DNA of 55,200 bases from Candidatus Neomicrothrix sp. (GTDB lineage: Bacteria; Actinomycetota; Acidimicrobiia; Acidimicrobiales; Aldehydirespiratoraceae). The notes under the pieces are model-generated. The model saw only the letters and a program-made list of their open reading frames with translations. It was not told the DNA's origin and made no database searches. Each line of letters opens with the position of its first letter. Positions within the stretch are counted from its first letter, which is position 1. Below, one piece after another: positions 9,127-17,776 of this stretch. A program made the position numbers and the translations under genes. The stretch is from NCBI GenBank assembly GCA_017852795.1, contig JAFMKU010000008.1, positions 1-55,200 on the forward strand, given 5' to 3'.

Positions 9127-10466
9127 GCCGAGCCGTCATCATCGGAGCCGGTCCAGCCGGCGCTTTACTTTCGATCTACCTAGCCCGTCAGGGCTACGAG
9201 ACCGTCGTCTACGAACGACGAGCCGACCTTCGACAATCCCGCGTTGAGGGGGGTCGATCCATCAACTTGGCACTCGCGACCCGAGGGATCGTCCCGTTGA
9301 TCGACGTCGGCGCGCTCGAACAGGTCGATGCCATCACCATCCCGATGCGGGGCCGCATGATCCACTCGCCCGACGAATCCGAGCCAGTCATGCAGCCCTA
9401 CGGAAACCACGTTCACGAAGTCATTCACTCCGTTTCACGCAGCGAACTCAACGCCATCCTGCTCGACCTGGCCGAGCAGACCGACGGAGTGCAACTCGAG
9501 TTCAACCGACAACTCGCCGACGTGGACCTCGACGGGCGCCGTATCCATTTCGCCGACGGCGGCACCAGCGACTTTGATCTGTTGGTCGGCGCCGACGGGG
9601 CCGGTTCTGTGGTGCGCACCGCGCTGGCCGAGGCTGGTTCGTGTCGCCATCGAACCGAATGGCTCGACCACGACTACAAAGAACTCACCCTGCCGTCCCG
9701 GCCCGATGGGAGCCACCAACTCGACCCCCACGCCTTGCACATCTGGCCCCGGGGCGACCTGATGGTGATCGCCTTGGCCAACCCGGCGGGTGACTTCACC
9801 GTCACCTTGTTTGCCCCTCGCACCACCTTCGCCGAACTCACCCCCGACACGGTCAGCGACTACTTCAGCGATCACTTCCCCGACCTGGCCAGGCTGATCC
9901 CCGACCTCGGTCAGCAGTTCGCCGACAACCCCACCGGTGCGCTCGGCACGCTGTGGGCCGACGGGTGGAGTCACAAGGACCGCGCCGTGCTCGTCGGCGA
10001 CGCCGCGCACGCCATCGTTCCGTTCCACGGGCAAGGAATGAACGCCGCTATGGAGTCGGTACGGGCGTTGGATCGGCAGCTTCGAGCCCATCCCGGCGAT
10101 GTCGAAACGGCGCTGCACCAATTCGAGGCAGAACGGAAACCCAACACCGACGCCATTGCACAAATGGCGCTCGACAACTACCTCGAAATGCGTTCTGGGG
10201 TGGTCGATCCGAACTATCTGGCCAAACGAAACCTGGCCCTCGAACTCGAACAACGACACCCTGAGCGAATCAGGCCCCGGTACAACATGGTGATGTTCTC
10301 AACGATGCCGTACGCCGAAGCCCAAGCACGGGCCGCCCAACTCAACGAGTTGCTCGACACCGCCCTCAACAATCCCGATGCCGACCTCGACATGCTCGTG
10401 GAGGCCATCGCTGCCCTCCCACCGGAAGATCCGTTGATGGACCCGAACGCCCTCTCCCTGGCATGA
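9123..10466 (+). CDS. kmo: Kynurenine 3-monooxygenase
   Basis: GAGPAG, GRSINLALA, PMRGRMIH, YKEL, LHIWPR, GDAAHAIVPFHGQGMN. Confidence 0.94.
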   Translation: MSRAVIIGAGPAGALLSIYLARQGYETVVYERRADLRQSRVEGGRSINLALATRGIVPLIDVGALEQVDAITIPMRGRMIHSPDESEPVMQPYGNHVHEVIHSVSRSELNAILLDLAEQTDGVQLEFNRQLADVDLDGRRIHFADGGTSDFDLLVGADGAGSVVRTALAEAGSCRHRTEWLDHDYKELTLPSRPDGSHQLDPHALHIWPRGDLMVIALANPAGDFTVTLFAPRTTFAELTPDTVSDYFSDHFPDLARLIPDLGQQFADNPTGALGTLWADGWSHKDRAVLVGDAAHAIVPFHGQGMNAAMESVRALDRQLRAHPGDVETALHQFEAERKPNTDAIAQMALDNYLEMRSGVVDPNYLAKRNLALELEQRHPERIRPRYNMVMFSTMPYAEAQARAAQLNELLDTALNNPDADLDMLVEAIAALPPEDPLMDPNALSLA

Positions 10467-10493
10467 CACCCCCTCACATGGAACACACCTGAC

Positions 10494-11291
10494 ATGAACT
10501 CCGAACCACTGACCTACAGCAACTATCTGAAGATCAACGAGCTGCTGGATCTCCAACAGTGCCGCTCGATCGACCCCGATAGTGGCCAACCCGAACACGA
10601 TGAGACGCTGTTCATCATCGTCCATCAGGTGTACGAGCTCTGGTTCAAACAGCTCCTCCACGAACTCGACTACATCGTCACGCTGCTTGACCGTGACGAG
10701 ATCAATGGCGGCCGCCACCACCTCAAACGGGTACTCAAGATTCTCAAGACGCTGGTCGGCCAGATCGACATTCTTGAAACGATGACGCCAGCCGAGTTCG
10801 CCGGGTTTCGGTCGTTTCTGCAAAGCGCCAGCGGGTTTCAATCCGTGCAGTTCCGCGAGTTGGAGTTTGTGCTTGGGGTCAAGGATCGGGTGCAGGTGGA
10901 TTGGTTTGGTGGCGATGCCTCGATCCGGCTGCAAACCCGACTGGAAGCGCCGACCCTGTGGGATGCGTTCGTTGGGGTGCTGGCCCGAGCCGGCTACCCG
11001 GTGCCTGACGACGCCCTCACCCGTGACGTGACGACACCGATCCGCGAACACGAAGGGCTTCAGCAGGCCATCATTGCCTGCTACGCCGACGAAGGTTTCG
11101 CTGATCTTTGCGAGACACTCACCGACCTTGACGAAGGAGTCCAAGAGTGGCGGTACCGCCACGTGATGATGGTCCGGCGAACCATCGGCACCAAACCTGG
11201 AACCGGCGGATCCGACGGTGCCTCCTACCTCGCCACCACCCTGTTCACCCCGAGTTTCCCCGACCTGTGGGCAATCCGAACCGCCTTCTAG
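10494..11291 (+). CDS. kynA: Tryptophan 2,3-dioxygenase
   Basis: YSNYL, HDETLFIIVHQVYELWFK, ASGFQSVQFRELE, WRYRH, GTGGS. Confidence 0.96.
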   Translation: MNSEPLTYSNYLKINELLDLQQCRSIDPDSGQPEHDETLFIIVHQVYELWFKQLLHELDYIVTLLDRDEINGGRHHLKRVLKILKTLVGQIDILETMTPAEFAGFRSFLQSASGFQSVQFRELEFVLGVKDRVQVDWFGGDASIRLQTRLEAPTLWDAFVGVLARAGYPVPDDALTRDVTTPIREHEGLQQAIIACYADEGFADLCETLTDLDEGVQEWRYRHVMMVRRTIGTKPGTGGSDGASYLATTLFTPSFPDLWAIRTAF

Positions 11292-11299
11292 GAGCATTC

Positions 11300-12736
11300 A
11301 TGCACCCCTATCCCGAACTGCGACTCTTTATCGGTGGTCAATGGTCAACGACCGACACCACCCGGCCGGTCATCAACCCGGCCACCGAAGCAGAGATCGG
11401 ACGTTTGCCGGTAGCTGGAGCGGCAGAACTCGATGCCGCGCTCGAAGCAGCCCAGAAGGGGTTTGCGGTCTGGCGTCGCACCGCGCCTCGAGATCGGGCA
11501 GATCTCATTCGGGCCGCGGCCGGGGTGCTTCGGTCTCGTCAGGACGAGATCGCCGATGCCATCACCGCCGAACAGGGCAAACCGCTTCACGAAGCGAAAC
11601 TCGAAGTGATCCGGGGCGCCGAATTCTTCGAATGGGACGCGGGGGAAGCGGTACGAACCTACGGTCGGGTCATCCCCAGCGCGCCCGGGGTTCGCTACAT
11701 CGTGCACCACGAACCCATCGGTCCGGTCGCCGCGTTTTCTCCGTGGAACTTCCCGCTGAGCCAACCAGCCCGCAAAGTAGCGGGGGCATTGGCCGCCGGA
11801 TGTTCGATCATTCTCAAAGCCGCGGAAGAAACCCCGGCCGGTGCGATCCATCTGGCTCGAGCCTTCGAAGAAGTCGGTCTTCCCGCCGGTGTGCTCAATC
11901 TGGTGTTTGGCGTTCCTGATGAGATCTCTTCGCATCTGATCCCCAGCCCCACGACCCGCCTGGTGGCCTTCACCGGTTCGACCTGGGTGGGGCGGCATCT
12001 GACCACGATGGCATCCGAACACATGACACCGGTGTTGATGGAACTCGGCGGGCATGCGCCGGTGATCGTGAGCAACCACACCGACGTGGCCGCCGCTGCG
12101 GTGGTTTCTGCTCGCCGCAAAACCCGCAACGCGGGGCAGGTCTGCACCTCACCGACCCGGTTCTTCGTTCACCGCCAGGTGTACGACGAGTTCCTCGAAA
12201 CGTTTGCGGCAGAAATTGGCCGGACCGTGGTGGGTGACGGCACTGACCCGACCAGCAACATGGGTCCGTTGGCTAACGAACGCCGGGTCCCGACCCTGCA
12301 CCGACTCGTGACCAACGCCATCGATGCCGGAGCCGATCTGATCACCGGCGGCGAACCTCTGGACCGCCCCGGCTATTTCTTTGCTCCGACCGTTTTGGCC
12401 AACGTGCCCGCCGAAGCCCAAGTCATGCAGGAAGAACCATTCGGTCCCTTGGCCATTGTTAACCCGGTTGACGACATCGCCGAAGCGATCGCGGCCGCTA
12501 ACGCCGTGCCGTTCGGGCTGGCCGCCTACGGGTTCTCGGACCGGGCCGACGAAATCGATCAGATGGTGGACGGTGTGGAAGCCGGGAACCTTTCCATCAA
12601 CACGCTCGAAGCGTCGCTGCCGGAGACGCCGTTCGGCGGGGTGAAATCCAGCGGGTACGGACGTGAAGGCGGATCCGAAGGTCTCCACCACTACATGACG
12701 GTCAAAAACGTTTCCCATTCGATCGCCATCAACTAG
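11300..12736 (+). CDS. NAD(P)-dependent aldehyde dehydrogenase (SSADH / alpha-ketoglutarate-semialdehyde dehydrogenase type)
   Basis: PWNFP, FTGS, MELGGHAP, GQVC, EEPFGP, PFGGVKSSG. ATG 11300 follows GGAG. Confidence 0.9.
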   Translation: MHPYPELRLFIGGQWSTTDTTRPVINPATEAEIGRLPVAGAAELDAALEAAQKGFAVWRRTAPRDRADLIRAAAGVLRSRQDEIADAITAEQGKPLHEAKLEVIRGAEFFEWDAGEAVRTYGRVIPSAPGVRYIVHHEPIGPVAAFSPWNFPLSQPARKVAGALAAGCSIILKAAEETPAGAIHLARAFEEVGLPAGVLNLVFGVPDEISSHLIPSPTTRLVAFTGSTWVGRHLTTMASEHMTPVLMELGGHAPVIVSNHTDVAAAAVVSARRKTRNAGQVCTSPTRFFVHRQVYDEFLETFAAEIGRTVVGDGTDPTSNMGPLANERRVPTLHRLVTNAIDAGADLITGGEPLDRPGYFFAPTVLANVPAEAQVMQEEPFGPLAIVNPVDDIAEAIAAANAVPFGLAAYGFSDRADEIDQMVDGVEAGNLSINTLEASLPETPFGGVKSSGYGREGGSEGLHHYMTVKNVSHSIAIN

Positions 12737-12752
12737 CCCCAAGGACACTGTC

Positions 12753-13706
12753 ATGGACTACACCCGCAGCGACGCCAAAGCCCACGCCCGAGCCCACATG
12801 ACCGGGATTTGGGCCGCGGCGCTCACCCCGTTCGACGACCAGCTCCGCATCGACGAAGACGGCTTCCGGCACAACATCAACCATTGGGTCGACGATCTGG
12901 CAATCCGCGGGTTGTTTATCGCCGGCAAACAAGGCGAGGCGTTTTCGATGTCGGTCGCGGAACGAAAACGGACGTTCGAACTCGCGGTCGAAGCCACCGC
13001 GGGACGGGCGCAGACCATCATGAGCTGTTCGGATCCGAACCTTGACGTGGTGCTTGATCTGGCCCGGCACGCGCAGACGGTTGGCGCCGACTGGATCGTG
13101 GTCCACGCGCCACAACTGCCGTTCTTCAAAGCGCAGGACGAAACGCTGCTCGGCTACTACCGGACCATCGCCGAGTCGGTTGATATTGGCATCGCCCTGT
13201 GGAGCCATCCCGACAGCGGCTATTTGATGTCACCGCAGCTCTGCAACCGTCTGGCTGATCTCGAAACGGTGGTGGCCATCAAATACAGCGTGCCCCGACC
13301 GGCCTACCGGGAACTGACCGAACTGGCCAGCGACCGGCTGCTGGTTAGCACCGCGTCCGAAGAGGAATGGCTCGACAACATCATCGAGTTGGACTGGCGT
13401 CTTTACCTTTGCTCGTCGCCGCCGTTCCTGCTGCAAAGCGCCAAAGACCGCCGGATGCTCGATTACACCCAGGCTGCTTTCGAGGGCCGAATCGACGACG
13501 CTCGACGGATCAGCGCCAGCCTCGAACCGGTACGCGCGGCGCTGCGCGACACCCGTCCCGCCGAAAAGCCTCACGCTCAACAGAAGTACTGGCAGGAACT
13601 GCTCGGTCAGGTAGGTGGACGAGTGCGGGCACCGCTGTTGGAACTCACCGACGACGAACGCGCCACGATCCGCGACGCATTCGAGCAAAGCGGTCTGCAA
13701 CGGTGA
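12753..13706 (+). CDS. DapA/NAL-family Schiff-base lyase, not a canonical DHDPS
   Basis: LTPF, GKQGE in place of GTTGE, LWSHP in place of LYNVP, catalytic Lys in AIKYS, and RAPL. Confidence 0.85.
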   Translation: MDYTRSDAKAHARAHMTGIWAAALTPFDDQLRIDEDGFRHNINHWVDDLAIRGLFIAGKQGEAFSMSVAERKRTFELAVEATAGRAQTIMSCSDPNLDVVLDLARHAQTVGADWIVVHAPQLPFFKAQDETLLGYYRTIAESVDIGIALWSHPDSGYLMSPQLCNRLADLETVVAIKYSVPRPAYRELTELASDRLLVSTASEEEWLDNIIELDWRLYLCSSPPFLLQSAKDRRMLDYTQAAFEGRIDDARRISASLEPVRAALRDTRPAEKPHAQQKYWQELLGQVGGRVRAPLLELTDDERATIRDAFEQSGLQR

Positions 13707-14485
13707 GAGTGGCTTTCGTCGGATGGGGGGCGATCAGCCGCGCTGCTGCCGAACTGCTCCACGACGACATCAAGGTGGTGGCCGTCGCCACCCGCCGTCC
13801 ACGGTCCGCTGCGGAACTACCGGCCGGCGCTCAATGGCTTTCGTCGGTGGACGAACTGGCTGGCACGGCACCCGCTTTGGTGGTTGAGGCCGCGGGGCGA
13901 GACGCAGTTGTTCCCTGGGGGTTAGCGGCGCTAGCCGCGGGTGCTGACGTTGCGGTGTCTTCGGTTTCGGCGTTCGCCGATCCCGAACAGCTCACGGTTC
14001 TGCGCCAGGCCGCGATCAACGCCGGGTTGCGGGTGCATGTGCATCCTGGGGCGTTGGCCGGGGTCGAGGCGCTGGCTGCGGCCCGACTGTTAGGGCTCGA
14101 CGAGGTGAACCATCGGATCGTCAAACCCCCCGCAGCGTGGCAGGGAACGCCAGCGGTGGACCTCTGCAATCTCAACGAGATCACCGAAGCCACCGAGTTC
14201 TTCAGCGGTTCGGCCGCCGACACCGCTCGACTCTTTCCGCAGAACGCCAACGTCGCCATGACCACTGCCCTGGCCGGAGTCGGCCCGGATCGCACCCAGA
14301 TTCGACTCGTCGCCGACCCGGCGTCAACCAGAAACCGGCACGAACTGTCGGCTCGGGGGGCGTTCGGGGTGTTGGACGTGACAGTCGCCAACCATCCTCT
14401 GCCGGAGAACCCAAAGACCTCGGCGCTTGCCGCACTGTCACTGGCCCGGCTGATCAACGGACAGGTAGCCGGGCTTTCGATCTGA
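13703..14485 (+). CDS. nadX: L-aspartate dehydrogenase-like protein
   Basis: GWGAIS, VEAAG, GALAG, FPQNANVA, NRHE, NPKTSALAALS. GTG 13703 overlaps the upstream TGA. Confidence 0.88.
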   Translation: MRVAFVGWGAISRAAAELLHDDIKVVAVATRRPRSAAELPAGAQWLSSVDELAGTAPALVVEAAGRDAVVPWGLAALAAGADVAVSSVSAFADPEQLTVLRQAAINAGLRVHVHPGALAGVEALAAARLLGLDEVNHRIVKPPAAWQGTPAVDLCNLNEITEATEFFSGSAADTARLFPQNANVAMTTALAGVGPDRTQIRLVADPASTRNRHELSARGAFGVLDVTVANHPLPENPKTSALAALSLARLINGQVAGLSI

Positions 14486-14505
14486 ACGGCCGTTGGTTGT
14501 CATCA

Positions 14506-14545
14506 CCGGTGGCAGGACGCAAAGCCGGTGGCAGGACGCAAAGCC
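14506..14545. repeat. 19-bp perfect tandem duplication CCGGTGGCAGGACGCAAAG x2
   Basis: Copies at 14506-14524 and 14525-14543, followed by CC. Confidence 0.9.
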
Positions 14546-14589
14546 CGCCACAACGGCTAACCTCAGCCTCCGTACCCCCACGGGTACAC

Positions 14590-14681
14590 GGAGACGTGGC
14601 CGAGCCAGGTTGAAGGCGCTTCCCTGCTAAGGAAGTAACGTCGCAAGGCGTTCGAGGGTTCGAATCCCTCCGTCTCCGCCA
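14590..14681 (+). tRNA. tRNA-Ser(GCT)
   Basis: GGAGACG/CGTCTCC acceptor stem, anticodon arm CTTCC-CTGCTAA-GGAAG, long variable arm, TTCGAAT, encoded CCA. Confidence 0.96.
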
Positions 14682-14692
14682 AGTCAAAGGTT

Positions 14693-16468
14693 TCAAGAGC
14701 TTTCGGGCGTGATGACCGGACAGTCGGCGCCGACGACATAGACCCGGATTCCTGCGAGTTCTGGTTGGTTGTTGAGCCATGTCTCGGCGTCCGCGCAGGT
14801 CATCAACGCACCAGGGTCGTACGGAAGCCAACCCGAGTAGCCGTTCACGGTCGGGACTTCGGTCTGGTAGGCCGCGAGCATGGCTTCGGTGTCGGTCGCG
14901 AACCACGGCACACCATCGACGTCCAGCAACAAAAACGCGTCCGCCTCCAACTCGTCGACGGCTACTCGAAGTTCCGCCTCGTACGCTCCGGCGTCGGTCA
15001 CAAACCCGGCTGACCGTGACGACGGAAGCTGCTGACTTCCGAGCTCAAGAAACAACACGGCCAACGCCAACAACCAGGTCCACGCTGGGAAACGGATGTG
15101 TATCCGCCGCAACCCGGTCCCGCAGGCGATCGCTACCGGGAAGGCCAGCACCAAAGCGATCCGACCCGGGGTCCGAACCGAATCCAGCCCGGGCAGGACT
15201 TTGGCCATCAGCACAAAAATCGACCAGCGGCCCACCTTCACCACGAGCAGCACACCCGCTACTGCCACCACCGCGTGGAGGTGCGCCAGCCGTCCGCGGA
15301 ACCCACTGCTGGGAAGCGCCCAGAGCGCCAGGAACGACACCACCACGCCGAACAGCAGCGCGTGTTCATGCACGTTGATCTGAGCGAGATCGTCACCCAT
15401 CCACTGCCACCAGTCCGAAACTGGGGCGGTAACCAACGATTTGGGGGTCGGTGAATAGTTGAGCGCGTCGGCCGACGTGCGTGACAAGCCAAGACGTGAC
15501 GCGTGGGACTGGTAGGCCAACGCGACCCAACCCGCGACACCCACCACACCTAACCAGCTCGCCCAACCAGAAACCCGAGCCCAACCACTCCACCCGGTCC
15601 AGGCCAACGAGCCCTTCCAAGCACACCCTGGTCGACCCTTGGCCTGCCACCGGTCCCAGAGCCGTCTGGTCCCTATCGCCCGCGGGTCACGACCCGACAA
15701 GAACTCGGCGGTGTGGGCCCGGTCGTTGTCGAGCCAAAGCAACCCCACCGTTGCCGCTACCGTGGCCAACACCAACAAACCGGTCAGCAACGCCACCCCA
15801 GGCGAACAGAGAAGCCCCACCGCCAGCCAACCGCTGACGGCGCGTCCCCGACGCAACACCAACGACCGGTCGGTGAGCAACGCCACACCAAGCCGGGTGG
15901 CTTCGAAAAGCGCCCACGGGATGTACCAGCGATGCACCAACTGGGCATGGTTGGCCTGCATCGTCACCGGAAACGCCAGCAGGAACACCCCTGCGATGAC
16001 CACCGACGTGGCCGGCGTGAACCACCAGCGGCGGGCAACGGCGTAGGCCGCGAGGCCCGACAGCAGAACCCCGGCGAAATACCAGACCGCGAAACTGTTC
16101 GAAATCCCTACCCCCATCCAGCGAGGCAACAGGTACGCCCACCCCGACCCGAGATGGTTGTCGCTGTAGAGGATCACGTCGTCAAGCGGCCAGAAAAACA
16201 GGCCGTCAAAGAGACCGACCCGGCCCCGAGACCAGAGATGAAGATGCTCAAGCACCGCCATGTTGAATCGAGTATCGCCAACATCGCCCGGTACCCGATC
16301 CGCCCACGGTCCGATTCGGCCCCACGTGGCAAAAACCGCTGAAGCGACCACCAGCAAGGCCACAACCAGCGACTGGCGTCGTTCGTCGAGCTCCTGACCG
16401 GCCAGACCGGTGCTCACCGGAGGGGTGACAACCGGTTCCTCAGCAGAATCGCTCCGTTGACTCACCAC
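14693..16468 (-). CDS. Polytopic membrane protein, GT-C/YfhO-like putative glycosyltransferase
   Basis: PGDVGDTRFN acidic loop after TM1, YSDNHLG, VRTPGR, PTVNGYSG and many TM helices. Confidence 0.7.
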   Translation of the reverse strand: MVSQRSDSAEEPVVTPPVSTGLAGQELDERRQSLVVALLVVASAVFATWGRIGPWADRVPGDVGDTRFNMAVLEHLHLWSRGRVGLFDGLFFWPLDDVILYSDNHLGSGWAYLLPRWMGVGISNSFAVWYFAGVLLSGLAAYAVARRWWFTPATSVVIAGVFLLAFPVTMQANHAQLVHRWYIPWALFEATRLGVALLTDRSLVLRRGRAVSGWLAVGLLCSPGVALLTGLLVLATVAATVGLLWLDNDRAHTAEFLSGRDPRAIGTRRLWDRWQAKGRPGCAWKGSLAWTGWSGWARVSGWASWLGVVGVAGWVALAYQSHASRLGLSRTSADALNYSPTPKSLVTAPVSDWWQWMGDDLAQINVHEHALLFGVVVSFLALWALPSSGFRGRLAHLHAVVAVAGVLLVVKVGRWSIFVLMAKVLPGLDSVRTPGRIALVLAFPVAIACGTGLRRIHIRFPAWTWLLALAVLFLELGSQQLPSSRSAGFVTDAGAYEAELRVAVDELEADAFLLLDVDGVPWFATDTEAMLAAYQTEVPTVNGYSGWLPYDPGALMTCADAETWLNNQPELAGIRVYVVGADCPVITPESS

Positions 16469-16518
16469 ACCGAGCCTAGTGCTCTGTACCGAGCCCGTAT
16501 CGGCGGTAACCTGACCGG

Positions 16519-17256
16519 ATGGTTGGATCGAGCGGGATCGGAAACATCAGTGCAGTCATGCCGTGTTACAACGAGCAGGACACGGTTTTGGAATGCGTCA
16601 AGGCGGTGCTCGGCCAACCGTCGGTTGGTGAGGTAATCATCGTCGACGATGGTTCAACCGACCAGACTCGAGAGCTCCTCGAGTCGATCGACGACGAACG
16701 AGTACGGGTCTTTCTTCAACCCCACAACGCCGGCAAAGGCGCGGCGCTGCGTCGAGGTTTCGCCGAAGCGACCTTGCCGTATGTGGTGGTGCAGGACGCC
16801 GATCTCGAATACGACCCTGCCGAGTTTTCCAAACTGGTCAAGCCGCTCGAAGAAGGCGTTGCCGATGTGGTCTACGGAAGTCGGTTCGCTGGCGGCGAAG
16901 CCCACCGAGTCCTTTACTTCTGGCATTCGGTCGGTAACCGGTTCCTGACGTTGGCGTCAAACATGACGACCAACCTGAACCTGACCGACATGGAGACCTG
17001 CTACAAGATGTTTCGACGGGAACTCATCCAGTCGATCACCATCGAAGAAGACCGGTTCGGTTTCGAACCGGAGGTAACGGCCAAAGTCGCGGCGGCCCAA
17101 TGCCGGATCTACGAGGTGTCGATCTCGTACCGCGGCCGAACCTACGCCGAAGGCAAAAAGATCGGTTGGCGCGACGGGGTACGGGCCCTCTGGTGCATCG
17201 TCAAATATGCCCGGACCGCGCGGAACACCACCCCGCTATTTAGCGCCGAGTCGTAG
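16519..17256 (+). CDS. GT2 glycosyltransferase (polyprenol-phosphate glycosyltransferase / Dpm1-like)
   Basis: [41 protein letters not shown]. Confidence 0.93.
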   Translation: MVGSSGIGNISAVMPCYNEQDTVLECVKAVLGQPSVGEVIIVDDGSTDQTRELLESIDDERVRVFLQPHNAGKGAALRRGFAEATLPYVVVQDADLEYDPAEFSKLVKPLEEGVADVVYGSRFAGGEAHRVLYFWHSVGNRFLTLASNMTTNLNLTDMETCYKMFRRELIQSITIEEDRFGFEPEVTAKVAAAQCRIYEVSISYRGRTYAEGKKIGWRDGVRALWCIVKYARTARNTTPLFSAES

Positions 17257-17746
17257 GACCCGCGGTAAACAACGCGAAACCGACCCCGGCCATCAACCCG
17301 GTGAGCGCCACAAACCCCATCCCTGACCAGGCCTGAGCGTCCATCACCTCCACCGGAGAATCGCCGGCTAGCGCCACGAACGACGCAACCGCCAACACCA
17401 CGTTCCCACCGACATGCCACCATGACGGCGGAGCCGAAGCTCGGCCGAAACAACCACACGACGACAACCCCCGTCGCACCGCCCGCGCCGTCACCGCACC
17501 AAACAACAGAAACAACCCGCCGGTCAACGCCCCGATCCACGACCAACCGGAAACAAGCCCAAGCAGGCCAATTCCGACCTCTCCGGACCCAAGCAGCCGA
17601 ACTGCGGTCCGGGCTTCAACCAACGGCACGGCGATCCCCAGCTCAGCGAATACACCGGCCGCTGATGCCGGCTGGCGGAGTTTGACCAGCCCGGAAAGCA
17701 CCAGCAGGACCGATGCTGACGAGAACACTGCGACCAGCACGACCAT
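17240..17746 (-). CDS. MauE/DoxX-family membrane protein
   Basis: SGLVKL, CGCFG motif, HVGGN, about 5 TM helices. Confidence 0.8.
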   Translation of the reverse strand: MVVLVAVFSSASVLLVLSGLVKLRQPASAAGVFAELGIAVPLVEARTAVRLLGSGEVGIGLLGLVSGWSWIGALTGGLFLLFGAVTARAVRRGLSSCGCFGRASAPPSWWHVGGNVVLAVASFVALAGDSPVEVMDAQAWSGMGFVALTGLMAGVGFALFTAGPTTRR

Positions 17747-17776
17747 AGGAACTCCGACTGTAGTTGCGGCCTGCTA

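Noticed and set aside
14506-14545. CRISPR-like repeat
   Set aside because: Only two abutting copies, with no spacers and no cas genes.
1296-14589. Genomic island bounded by tRNA-Arg and tRNA-Ser
   Set aside because: No integrase or transposase, no duplicated tRNA 3' end (att site) found by eye, and no obvious compositional shift.
14590-14681. Long-variable-arm tRNA considered as tRNA-Sec to match the selenoprotein
   Set aside because: The anticodon is GCT and the acceptor stem is the standard 7 bp, so this is tRNA-Ser. No selC or selABD is visible in the window.
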